DNA of 64,000 bases, taken from UHGV virus genome UHGV-1351770, one strand, 5' to 3'. The notes beneath the pieces were generated by a model, which was given only the letters and a program-made list of their open reading frames with translations, was not told the origin of the DNA and made no database searches. This document shows, piece by piece, positions 10,196 to 18,632 of the stretch. This DNA is from a virus. Position 1 is the first letter of the stretch. Each line of letters opens with the position of its first letter. Both the position numbers and the translations under genes were made by a program.

Positions 10196-10688
10196 TACTC
10201 CAATTATTTTTCTAGACATTGATGGGGTGCTCAATTCGAGCATCTCCCACCATCATGCACCTGATGATGAAAAGATTTTCTTTGGAAGTGACTGGGTTTT
10301 CAAACCGCTTCTCAAGGCTTTTCAGGACTTTATTCGTCCTTCTCCGATAATGATTGTTGGAGTATCATCTTGGTTCTCTGTCAGGAATGAGATGGAGAAC
10401 GTTCAGATTATGACCAGATTAGGTCTTATCGATCGTTTTCTTGGTACAACGGATTTTACTGGTGGTGGATTATCTAGGGGTAATTCTGTTCTTCGCTTCG
10501 TTGAAAAGCATAAGCTCAAACATTGGTGTGTGCTGGATGATGCCGGTGCTATGATGTATCAGTATCCAACGGTTATAGTCAATGGTAGGACTGGGATAAA
10601 TCTTCAAGATTTAAAAGCTGTTAGCTATATGCTAGAATTTAGTCCAGATCTTGAAATGTGTAAATCCTTGCAACAATTTAAGGTGTAA
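10176..10688 (+). CDS. HAD-superfamily phosphatase-like protein
   Basis: 170 aa. Motif I FLDIDGVLN, motif II VGVSS, C-terminal VLDDAG. Overlaps the Sir2-like gene by 20 nt. Confidence 0.65.
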   Translation: MCQEISNTPIIFLDIDGVLNSSISHHHAPDDEKIFFGSDWVFKPLLKAFQDFIRPSPIMIVGVSSWFSVRNEMENVQIMTRLGLIDRFLGTTDFTGGGLSRGNSVLRFVEKHKLKHWCVLDDAGAMMYQYPTVIVNGRTGINLQDLKAVSYMLEFSPDLEMCKSLQQFKV

Positions 10689-10690
10689 AT

Positions 10691-11119
10691 ATGTTCAATA
10701 ATGTATTCTCTAAAGAAGCTAACCCAATTTTGGTTAACTTTTGGCGTACTCTCCCAGCTAGCCTGTATAATGAGGTTATTAACTCTTTGAAAATATGGTG
10801 TGAGAATAACGAAATCTCCTTTGCTTTTAAAGATGATATTGATGAGGCTCCCTGTATTGGTTTAATTGTGCAGGTAGAGGAGGGTCTTGAAGAGATTGTC
10901 GGCTGGAAAGAGTTAGATGAAATGGGCTTAGTTTTTGCGTTAAACTATAAGCTGTTTATGCCTGCTAAGCATCGCCTCGTTGTTAATTATAAAACTAGTG
11001 AATCTCCTGGTTTTCAGGTTAATGAACGTTATGGTTGGTCTTACTCACCGGAAGAAGTAAATGAGGGGATTCAGAAACTTCGCCGTTTTGGTTATCAAAT
11101 TCCGGGTTTAACTGCCTAA
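10691..11119 (+). CDS. hypothetical protein, paralog A of a tandem pair
   Basis: 142 aa. Shares PCIG, MGLVFALN and C-terminal GYQIPGL blocks with the next ORF. Confidence 0.6.
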   Translation: MFNNVFSKEANPILVNFWRTLPASLYNEVINSLKIWCENNEISFAFKDDIDEAPCIGLIVQVEEGLEEIVGWKELDEMGLVFALNYKLFMPAKHRLVVNYKTSESPGFQVNERYGWSYSPEEVNEGIQKLRRFGYQIPGLTA

Positions 11120-11128
11120 GGGGGCATA

Positions 11129-11518
11129 ATGGAACAAGTATATTGGCGTCAGATTGACCCTAGTTTGGTGAAACGTGCGGAGAAGCTGCTACAACGTTGG
11201 TTGGGGGTAAGACAAGCCTCCTTCACTTTTCCTGAGCAGCAAACGGATGATCCATGTATTGGCGTTTTCCTGTCTGGATATGCCGAGGAATGGGAGATGG
11301 ATTGGAATGAATTGTCCGCTATGGGTTTAATTGTTGCCCTAAACTTCTCTATATTCCATCCACGTGGTTTGGCCATATGTCGTGTGCCGGATGATGGTTG
11401 TTCGCCCCATCTTTTACAGGTGGAAGATGATATTTGGGAGTACACTCCAGATATTCTCAAAGAAGCTAAAGAACAGTTAAACCGTGTTGGGATCTATGTT
11501 CCGGGATTAAATGACTAA
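11129..11518 (+). CDS. hypothetical protein, paralog B of a tandem pair
   Basis: 129 aa. Carries PCIG, MGLIVALN and GIYVPGL blocks collinear with paralog A. Confidence 0.6.
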   Translation: MEQVYWRQIDPSLVKRAEKLLQRWLGVRQASFTFPEQQTDDPCIGVFLSGYAEEWEMDWNELSAMGLIVALNFSIFHPRGLAICRVPDDGCSPHLLQVEDDIWEYTPDILKEAKEQLNRVGIYVPGLND

Positions 11519-11544
11519 TGATTTTTATTAGCTGAACTCTGATT

Positions 11545-11570
11545 ACCGAGTCATTTTGGCTCGGTTTTAT
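11545..11570 (+). terminator. intrinsic terminator closing the 8703-11518 operon
   Basis: accgag-tcattttgg-ctcggt hairpin followed by tttat. Confidence 0.6.
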
Positions 11571-11613
11571 CCGTACTCAAGACCAATGATAGCACCATCC
11601 GGAAAATTTTACT

Positions 11614-11641
11614 TGCAGGATGCTCAAAATCTTGATATAAT
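11614..11641 (+). promoter_or_regulatory. early sigma70-type promoter (TTGCAG, 16 bp, TATAAT)
   Basis: ttgcag 11614..11619 and tataat 11636..11641. A second candidate (ttgcta...tacaat) lies around 11683..11712. Confidence 0.55.
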
Positions 11642-11689
11642 ATTTATATTGAATTGAGAGACATTAGTAAAAATTGATTTTGCTAATTT

Positions 11690-12140
11690 TTCTTGTTTAC
11701 AATCCGCGATACGGAACAGTTAGGCTGCCCCATTAAGGGTTGTTTTAACTGTTACGTGTTAGTTTTTAAACAAATAGTTAATAGAATACTTAGCGATCTG
11801 CGTCCCGTAGGAACCCTGGTAAGGCCTCGAAGCAACCTAGATAGAGGTGGTTGTGAAGTGAGACGGGAGGAGTGAAAAACTCCGAGACGTGATTCTGTAA
11901 GTTATACTGCATCTAGTATGAGCTAGTATATGAAGCATTAGGTGAGCAAATCTGGCTTAGCGGCCATCCTCAAGGATTTGTGCGGTATAGCAAAGCAGCA
12001 GCGCAGCGTGAAAGTGGAAGTTGCCACCCCACTTCAGTATTTGCGATTAATTTGTTGAGAAATTGACAGTAACAGTTGTTCTATTCTTTCTGAATAGTCC
12101 TAAAGAAAACTTATTTCATTTCCAACACAGGAGTATTGTT
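11690..12140 (+). other. about 440-nt untranslated, structure-rich leader upstream of the PrimPol-helicase gene (candidate regulatory RNA or ncRNA)
   Basis: No credible ORF (only a 60-aa ORF with no RBS). Several local hairpins, for example aacagtta/taactgtt, ggagt-GAAAA-actcc, and directly repeated gagacg. GC content is higher than in the flanking regions. Confidence 0.35.
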
Positions 12141-14930
12141 GTGTTCTCAATCCTACAAGGTCATGCAGGATTTCATCGCGATTTAGCTACAGGCAATTGG
12201 CGAGAAGTTAAAGCAGAAGACTATCTTTTTGCTAAAAGATTTTCCTCAAAGCATCCTGAAGGTAAACCAGCTTCAATGCCCTTCAAGTTTGATGTAATTG
12301 ATGAAGTTGATCCGCAAACCCTAGTAGAAATGCTTCCTCTTATGAGACGTTTAACGTCTGACCCTCATATCGTTGCGGTACGAGGTAGATGTCTTGCACC
12401 TAAAAATAATGTGCGACGTAAGAAGGGCAACTTTAATGTATCTAACCCAAGCAATATAATTGCAATGGACGTGGATGGTATTGTAGATACAGGTGGTTGT
12501 AACAAGTTTGATCTTGTTGGCATGGCTCGACATATTATTAGAATGTTAAATAGTATTAGTGAGGATATGTTTCCTCTTGATGCAGGGTTTATCGCTCATG
12601 CATCGTCTTCGGCTGGGCTAAAACCGGGTATCCGAATGCACTTAATACTAGAATCTAATGTTAAAGTAACTCAGGGTCAAATCAAATTCTTATTTACATC
12701 TATCAACGAAAGTAGTAGACAAAAGTATGGCTTTGATATTGCCGACTTAGCTTATTACTCTTCCGTACAGCTCCATTATTTTGCAGATCCGTTATTTACC
12801 GATGGTATAGTAGATCCGTTTAAAGCGGAGGGTGCTTCACGTCTGGTATTTGTTAAGGGTTCTAAAGTAAATTTACCCAATAATCTGGTTGACTATGAAA
12901 CAGCTAGAGGTGAGTTTAAGGAGGAGTTTTACTCTTTACTCGATCAAATTAAAGGTAAAAAAGCTGCCTCTGATAAAGTAGAGGAAACTATCAGCGAACT
13001 AGAAGAAGCTGAGGATGGAGTGTATCTACGTATCATACCTAAACTCTATCACAGAGCCTTAGAGGATGGTGTTGATTTTGCATGGCTAGAAAAAGAAATC
13101 CGTCCAGCCTTATCAGAATATATTGCAACTAAAGATAACAGTCGCAATATTCAAGATTACTTTAATAACGGTCGTAAACAGGCTCTGAAAGCATTTGTTA
13201 ATAATTCTAAACGTGATATACCTGATGTTTTAAAGGGTATTCCACTCAAAAAGCTAGAAACTAATTCTCTAGAAACTGATAACTTCTTGAAATTAAATAC
13301 TGTACCACCAGAAGGTTATATGACTTTTGTAAAAGCAAGTCTAGGTACAGGTAAAACTACAGCGGTTGTGCGTTGGTTAGATTCAGGAGTTATTAAAGGT
13401 AATTTCTTAGCAATTACCAATACTCGAGCACTGGTATCTTCAAATGCTAAGAAATTTAGTGCAGGACAATATGATAAGTCTGTAGATATGCTTAATTTTA
13501 AGCGTGGTGCTATTGACCGTATGTCCACAACTATTCACTCTTTGCATAAGTTCAAGAGTTTTATTGGTCAAATCGATGCAATCTTTATCGATGAATGTGA
13601 TGCTGTAATGAATGACCTACTATTCGCCCCGGTTGTTAAACAACGTCGTGAATGTATTCAGGTTCTTCGGGATATTCTTGCAACTGCAAAAATCATTATA
13701 TTATCTGATGGGGATATTAGTGCAGAAACAATTGAAGCATATGGTTCTTTGATTGAGTTTGATAAACCAGTAGCATTTTATAATCATCACCGTAAGATGC
13801 TGTCAAAAGCTCATGCTTATGAGTTTCCTGATGAATCCAGTATTTGGGTTGCACTTCAGACTTCTCTAGAAATGGGGGAGAAATCTATTCTGGTATCTGA
13901 TTGTGGCCCGGATGAACTGAATGAGAAGGGCATGGCGTTGCGTCGTAATACTGGTGCGTTAGTTAAGGAAATCCACTCAAATTCTACATCCGATGTAGAT
14001 ATTCGACGTATTCTGGATTACACAACTAATGAGCTAATTGATCAACAAATTGATTGCTTATTATGTAGTCCATCCGTAACAAGTGGTGTTGACTTCAACT
14101 ATTTTGATAACGTATTCGTTATTACTAGAACCAGCAACCAAGCGCCAAACATGCGTTTCCAAGCAATCAGGCGCGACCGTGGCGCTCAGAACATTTATTA
14201 TTTTATTGATAAATCTACGAGTGGATTCTCCGCAGGTTCTGAGCAATATAACATTGATGAAGGTTGGCTGGAGTTAGCACAGCAATTATACGCACGTCGC
14301 AGGGAGCTGGAATCTAGAAACTATACTAGTACTTTACGTTATTACTTGCTTGATCAGGGTGCAACTATTGATATTTTCAGCGAAAGCTGGGGAACTATCG
14401 AAGGTGCAGGAAAAGAGTATACGGAAGAGCGAATCAAAGCTATTTTGTATTCAACCCCTGATTATTGTGCTCCACGCCATGCAGATGCGTATGAAGCTAA
14501 ACTACTTCTTGTTCGCTATTATCATCTTGAGTCTATTAAAGATGTAACAGTTGAGCATGTTGAACAATATATCAAGGATAAACCGAATGATCGAGCGGCA
14601 TTCTTCCATAAAATGCACGAGATGTTCTGGGAAGATATTAAGAAGTGTTCAAATGTCACTATCAAACCATTCATAGAAGCTCTGAAAGGTAAGAAGAAAG
14701 ATTTCTTCCTTAAAACAGGTCAGAGTGCTAACCCAAAATATGCTAGAATGTATCTTGGTATGATGGGTATTGGTAAGGATATGAACACGGAGAATATTGT
14801 AGACTGGTACAGAACCTATTGTAAAATCGAGTGTATGCCAATCCCGTATAAGTTTATGACTGATGAGGAGAAACATATGCATGATGAAGCAATGGCAGAG
14901 CTAGGTGCTAGAAATGACAGTGAAGAATAA
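12141..14930 (+). CDS. primase-polymerase (AEP-like) fused to a Walker A/B NTPase helicase; putative origin-binding replication initiator
   Basis: GTG at 12141 with AGGAG at 12129..12133 (7-nt spacer); the track's TTG at 12063 has no RBS. N-terminus has IIAMDVDG (DxD) and an AHASSS...RMHLIL (sxH-like) motif. Middle has Walker A SLGTGKTT and Walker B IFIDECD. Confidence 0.7.
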   Translation: MFSILQGHAGFHRDLATGNWREVKAEDYLFAKRFSSKHPEGKPASMPFKFDVIDEVDPQTLVEMLPLMRRLTSDPHIVAVRGRCLAPKNNVRRKKGNFNVSNPSNIIAMDVDGIVDTGGCNKFDLVGMARHIIRMLNSISEDMFPLDAGFIAHASSSAGLKPGIRMHLILESNVKVTQGQIKFLFTSINESSRQKYGFDIADLAYYSSVQLHYFADPLFTDGIVDPFKAEGASRLVFVKGSKVNLPNNLVDYETARGEFKEEFYSLLDQIKGKKAASDKVEETISELEEAEDGVYLRIIPKLYHRALEDGVDFAWLEKEIRPALSEYIATKDNSRNIQDYFNNGRKQALKAFVNNSKRDIPDVLKGIPLKKLETNSLETDNFLKLNTVPPEGYMTFVKASLGTGKTTAVVRWLDSGVIKGNFLAITNTRALVSSNAKKFSAGQYDKSVDMLNFKRGAIDRMSTTIHSLHKFKSFIGQIDAIFIDECDAVMNDLLFAPVVKQRRECIQVLRDILATAKIIILSDGDISAETIEAYGSLIEFDKPVAFYNHHRKMLSKAHAYEFPDESSIWVALQTSLEMGEKSILVSDCGPDELNEKGMALRRNTGALVKEIHSNSTSDVDIRRILDYTTNELIDQQIDCLLCSPSVTSGVDFNYFDNVFVITRTSNQAPNMRFQAIRRDRGAQNIYYFIDKSTSGFSAGSEQYNIDEGWLELAQQLYARRRELESRNYTSTLRYYLLDQGATIDIFSESWGTIEGAGKEYTEERIKAILYSTPDYCAPRHADAYEAKLLLVRYYHLESIKDVTVEHVEQYIKDKPNDRAAFFHKMHEMFWEDIKKCSNVTIKPFIEALKGKKKDFFLKTGQSANPKYARMYLGMMGIGKDMNTENIVDWYRTYCKIECMPIPYKFMTDEEKHMHDEAMAELGARNDSEE

Positions 14931-15147
14931 AAAATGGGAAACAAGGAAGTTTCCAGTAAAAGAACGTAAAGTTCCTGTTTACGACACTTCGGAAAAGCTA
15001 TGTAGGGTGGTACCGCATAGATTAGCTGGCATCCCTAACATATCCGAGTGGCTACTTAAACAACGGAAAACTAATGTGTCTCTTCGCATCGGCTTTGAGT
15101 TAGATAAAGTCTATGCTGAACTTGCTTCTTTGCTCAAGGAATCGTAA
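14905..15147 (+). CDS. hypothetical protein (80 aa)
   Basis: ORF overlapping the end of the upstream gene; basic N-terminus. Confidence 0.4.
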   Translation: MLEMTVKNKKWETRKFPVKERKVPVYDTSEKLCRVVPHRLAGIPNISEWLLKQRKTNVSLRIGFELDKVYAELASLLKES

Positions 15148-15155
15148 AAATTTAT

Positions 15156-15215
15156 TTGCATAGTGCAAATAATTTCTGTATAATAGATTCATAAATTTGA
15201 GAGAGGAGTTTAAAT
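15156..15215 (+). promoter_or_regulatory. T5 PN25-like early promoter plus conserved leader (TTGCAT, 17 bp, TATAAT, then AGATTCATAAATTTGAGAGAGGAGTT)
   Basis: ttgcat 15156..15161 and tataat 15179..15184. The downstream leader is near-identical to the PN25 leader as I remember it. Confidence 0.85.
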
Positions 15216-15920
15216 ATGGCTGGTTCTCGTAGAAAGAAACATATCCATGAAATCCCAGATGAAGTCTTTAAAAAGGTTATAGAGCATCTGGAGAACGGTG
15301 GTACTAAGAAAGCAGCATGTGAAATGCTCGGCGTATCCTCTAATCCAACTATGGAAAGGATGATTGAAGAGTGGCAAGATCGCCAAATTCAAGTTGCCGA
15401 AATGAAGAAAAAGAAACGTGGCACACTAATTGAAGGCATCGAGTTAGCCAACGTTATTGAGCAGTATTTATCTGGTGATTCTTTTGAAGAAATTGCCGAT
15501 CGTAATTATCGCTCTGTAGCAATGGTTAAATCTGTTCTGGAACGCTACGGTGCTCTACTTCGTTTGAATGATATTGTAGATCCACTGAATCCTCCGATTA
15601 TTCCTGATGATGCTGTAGCAGAAGAATTTGCAGTTGGTGAGCTTGTTTGGGTTCCTGGATACCAGTGTATCGGTGAAATCAAAAAAGCAATGGATAACCC
15701 TGTTGGTTGCTACCGTGTATGGCTCCTATCAGAAGGCAAACAACAGAACGTCCATTATATGAATTACGAGCTGGCTTCTGTTAAACATCTGGAAAAGCTA
15801 GGGGTTGACGTAAAATCTCTAGGGTACAAGTGGACTCGTGAAGAAATTATTACGTTGATTAACGAAGCTGTTAAGGCCGCCTTGAAACTTGATAAAGAAA
15901 AAGGAAAACGCCGTGAGTAG
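15216..15920 (+). CDS. putative HTH DNA-binding/regulatory protein
   Basis: 234 aa. N-terminal segment NGGTKKAACEMLGVSSNPTMERM looks like an HTH. Confidence 0.5.
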   Translation: MAGSRRKKHIHEIPDEVFKKVIEHLENGGTKKAACEMLGVSSNPTMERMIEEWQDRQIQVAEMKKKKRGTLIEGIELANVIEQYLSGDSFEEIADRNYRSVAMVKSVLERYGALLRLNDIVDPLNPPIIPDDAVAEEFAVGELVWVPGYQCIGEIKKAMDNPVGCYRVWLLSEGKQQNVHYMNYELASVKHLEKLGVDVKSLGYKWTREEIITLINEAVKAALKLDKEKGKRRE

Positions 15921-16164
15921 ACTAACTGATTTACTTAAAGATGGGGAAGTAAAAACACTATATCGTAGAAGCTGGGATAACGATAATAACGGCTTAGTGT
16001 TACTAACTTTAGATGCTGACTCGGATGTAGCTACTCAGCATACCTGGGTAGCCGGTAACTATCCATATAGCGAGGTTGTTTCATTAACAGTATGCGAAGC
16101 TATTGCAGACGATTGGGAGGTTGCCAGCATCGAGGATATGCTCGCTGTTGGCCTGGTGGAGTAA
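15913..16164 (+). CDS. hypothetical protein
   Basis: GTG at 15913 with AAGGA at 15901..15905. The track's alternative start is TTG at 15889. Confidence 0.45.
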   Translation: MSRLTDLLKDGEVKTLYRRSWDNDNNGLVLLTLDADSDVATQHTWVAGNYPYSEVVSLTVCEAIADDWEVASIEDMLAVGLVE

Positions 16165-16181
16165 CTACTTAAAAATTTCAG

Positions 16182-16210
16182 TTGCTTAATCCTACAATTC
16201 TTGATATAAT
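16182..16210 (+). promoter_or_regulatory. early promoter (TTGCTT, 17 bp, TATAAT)
   Basis: ttgctt 16182..16187 and tataat 16205..16210. Confidence 0.65.
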
Positions 16211-16267
16211 ATTCTCATAGTTTGAAAGAACTATTCTGTTTAATTCTTAATTAAGGAAATATAAAAT

Positions 16268-16678
16268 ATGACTACTCCAACTCAGTGGACTGATGAACTG
16301 TTCGAAAAAATGTCTTCCGAATATGTTGCTCGTATGGAGCAATTCCCAGAGGATGAACGTCCCGGTGTTAGCATGGAAATTGTTAGCGAAATTGCCCAGG
16401 AAAATGGCGTAACTCCGAACGGTTTTCGTATGAAGCTGACTAAAGCAGGTTTGTATATCAAGAAAGCTGCTGGTTCTACTTCTAAATCTAGCGCATCTAC
16501 TGGAGAAAAAGCTTCCGGTGGTTCTCGTACCTCCAAAGCACAAGCCCATGCCGACCTTCGCGCAGCATTCTCTGACGCTGGCTTAGCACCAGATTTTCTG
16601 GATGATGCAATTATCGACAAACTGACCGGTAAAGCGGCTGCTCATCTGGCAGAAGCAATCCGAGCTATCACTAAGTAA
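16268..16678 (+). CDS. hypothetical abundant small protein with strongly optimised codons (136 aa)
   Basis: ORF with AAGGAAAT RBS. Strong bias towards ctg/cgt/ggt/tct codons, unlike neighbouring genes. Confidence 0.6.
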   Translation: MTTPTQWTDELFEKMSSEYVARMEQFPEDERPGVSMEIVSEIAQENGVTPNGFRMKLTKAGLYIKKAAGSTSKSSASTGEKASGGSRTSKAQAHADLRAAFSDAGLAPDFLDDAIIDKLTGKAAAHLAEAIRAITK

Positions 16679-16715
16679 TATTTAGATAAATCCACCAACA
16701 AAAGGAACTACAGTT

Positions 16716-17012
16716 ATGACCAAAGCTGAAATTATCGCACAATGTGAAAAATTTGGTGAGTTTTATCTTCATTACGAGAAACTTCGTCAGAAAGGAACCA
16801 CGTACCTTCAGGGTACGATGGAATTTGATCCAGCCCAAGATAAATATCTGGCTGAGCGTATTAAACGTGAACGTATTCGTAAAGAGAAAGATGATGAGAT
16901 CCTTGTCTTCTCTCGTACTAATGATAGCTTCCGTTTTATTCCTGTCGAGAAAGTCCGTCGTGTGACTAGCCTCCAATCAGAGTTAGATCGTGCTTCTCCA
17001 GTAGGCCGATAA
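16716..17012 (+). CDS. hypothetical protein (98 aa)
   Basis: ORF with AAGGAAC RBS, followed by a terminator. Confidence 0.55.
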   Translation: MTKAEIIAQCEKFGEFYLHYEKLRQKGTTYLQGTMEFDPAQDKYLAERIKRERIRKEKDDEILVFSRTNDSFRFIPVEKVRRVTSLQSELDRASPVGR

Positions 17013-17020
17013 GAAACCAA

Positions 17021-17046
17021 TTAGCCCCTATATGGGGCTTTTTGTG
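17021..17046 (+). terminator. intrinsic terminator
   Basis: agcccc-tatat-ggggct hairpin plus ttttt. Confidence 0.75.
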
Positions 17047-17062
17047 TATTTGGGATATGTAA

Positions 17063-17371
17063 ATGAGCGAACAGGTAAATCAAAACTATGAAGGACACGT
17101 TGATGACCAGTCCATCATACTTTGGGAGAAGGAGGGAGAACAAGTAAGATTAACAGTATCTGAATTTCGTGGGAATCTATACATGGGTATTCGTTACTGG
17201 CTTCTTGATATTAATGATGAATGGTTTCCAACGAAATCTGGCTTCTCTTTTCCTTACACCCTAGAAACAACATCACAGCTTTTCTATGCGTTTACACAGA
17301 TTCTTAGCGAATCTGAGGTTTTACATGAAGTACAGAAACGAGCTGAAGAACTCAAAGCCAAGAATGCCTAG
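17063..17371 (+). CDS. hypothetical protein (102 aa)
   Basis: ORF in an intergenic slot. Confidence 0.5.
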   Translation: MSEQVNQNYEGHVDDQSIILWEKEGEQVRLTVSEFRGNLYMGIRYWLLDINDEWFPTKSGFSFPYTLETTSQLFYAFTQILSESEVLHEVQKRAEELKAKNA

Positions 17372-17398
17372 TTCTTGGCTTTTTCTTTATAAATGTAT

Positions 17399-17427
17399 TT
17401 GCTTTCAACTCAGTTTTGTTATATAAT
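17399..17427 (+). promoter_or_regulatory. early promoter (TTGCTT, 17 bp, TATAAT)
   Basis: ttgctt 17399..17404 and tataat 17422..17427. Confidence 0.7.
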
Positions 17428-17458
17428 ATTTATATAAATTAATGAGAGATACAAATAA

Positions 17459-18430
17459 ATGACTAATGTAAAAGAATTTATTAAACGCTGTCAAGAAGCA
17501 TACTATCAAGGCATGTCTTTAATCTCTGATGAAGAATATGATTGCTTAGTAAAACGCTTCCCACTAGAAGAAGAGATCGGGCCTAAGGGTGATATTCCAC
17601 ATCTGTATCGTATGTATTCTTTGCAGAAAGTTTACTATAATCGTGGAGACAAACCACCATTCAATCCATTAGGACAAGTAGAAACAGATAAACTGGATGG
17701 GTGTGCAATTTCTCTACTGTATATTGATGGTGAATTTGTCCAAGCACTAACTCGTGGTAACGGTATTTTAGGAAATGATGTCACAAGCAACGTAAGATTG
17801 CTGAACATACCTAAAAAGATTTCTCAAAAAGTACCAACCCAAATCACTGGTGAAGTTCTAATTACAAAAGAAGTAGAAAATAAACGTAACTTTGCCTCTG
17901 GTGCTATTAACCTCAAAGATAGCGATGATTTCGTACAACGTATTGGAGAAGGTGGTTTAATCTTCGTTGCATATGGTATTCAGTGTTCTGCCGAATCTGT
18001 AGGTATTACAGAATCGTATTTAAAAGATATGCTTTGGCTAGAGAATGAGGACTTCTTAACAGTTGTTAATGTGCGTTCCTTCTTTAAATGGATTCCTACG
18101 GACGGTAAAGTTGTTCGTATTAATGACAACAACAAATTCTTCCGAGAAGGCTGGACTAATAAATTCCCTCGTGGAGCATTCGCTATTAAAGAGGATGAAG
18201 AAGGCGAGATTACAACTCTTACTAAAGTTGAATGGCAGGTAGGGGCTTCTGGTAAAGTAACTCCAGTTGGCTATTTCGAACCGGTAATTATTGATGATGC
18301 TACAATTGTTAAGGCGACTCTTAATAACGTTGATTATATTAACTCTCTTGATCTAGAGATCGGTTGCCAGATTCGAGTGATTCGTGCTGGTGGTGTAATC
18401 CCGTGCATAGTAGAGCGAGTATACGATTAA
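17459..18430 (+). CDS. ligA: NAD-dependent DNA ligase, N-terminal part (adenylation + OB domains), subunit A
   Basis: 323 aa. KxDG adenylation motif TDKLDGCAISLLY and LigA-like domain order. Lacks a Zn-finger, HhH and BRCT. Confidence 0.75.
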   Translation: MTNVKEFIKRCQEAYYQGMSLISDEEYDCLVKRFPLEEEIGPKGDIPHLYRMYSLQKVYYNRGDKPPFNPLGQVETDKLDGCAISLLYIDGEFVQALTRGNGILGNDVTSNVRLLNIPKKISQKVPTQITGEVLITKEVENKRNFASGAINLKDSDDFVQRIGEGGLIFVAYGIQCSAESVGITESYLKDMLWLENEDFLTVVNVRSFFKWIPTDGKVVRINDNNKFFREGWTNKFPRGAFAIKEDEEGEITTLTKVEWQVGASGKVTPVGYFEPVIIDDATIVKATLNNVDYINSLDLEIGCQIRVIRAGGVIPCIVERVYD

Positions 18431-18480
18431 TACATAACCCTTTGCTACCCATCTACCATATCGGAATTATAAAGTGGTTA

Positions 18481-18509
18481 TTGACATTTTCGCCGCTTAG
18501 GTATATACT
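18481..18509 (+). promoter_or_regulatory. sigma70 promoter inside the ligA-ligB spacer (TTGACA, 17 bp, TATACT)
   Basis: ttgaca 18481..18486 and tatact 18504..18509. Confidence 0.55.
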
Positions 18510-18573
18510 ATTATCATTCAGTTGAGGGATAGAAAGTTATGGCGAGGGTAAGCAAAGTTAGTTAAAATTGTAG

Positions 18574-18602
18574 TTGCTAAATGCTTAAATACTTGCTATA
18601 AT
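18574..18602 (+). promoter_or_regulatory. early promoter (TTGCTA, 17 bp, TATAAT) in front of ligB
   Basis: ttgcta 18574..18579 and tataat 18597..18602. Confidence 0.7.
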
Positions 18603-18632
18603 ATTTATATAAATTGATAAGGAAGAAATTTG

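Noticed and set aside
12063-12140. TTG 12063 start for the 955-aa PrimPol-helicase
   Set aside because: No Shine-Dalgarno. AGGAG at 12129-12133 sits 7 nt upstream of GTG 12141, which is taken as the start.
11690-12140. tRNA or group I intron in the long leader
   Set aside because: No cloverleaf with acceptor/anticodon geometry found by eye, no interrupted host ORF, and no P1-P9-like pairing pattern. Kept only as an unspecified structured-leader candidate.
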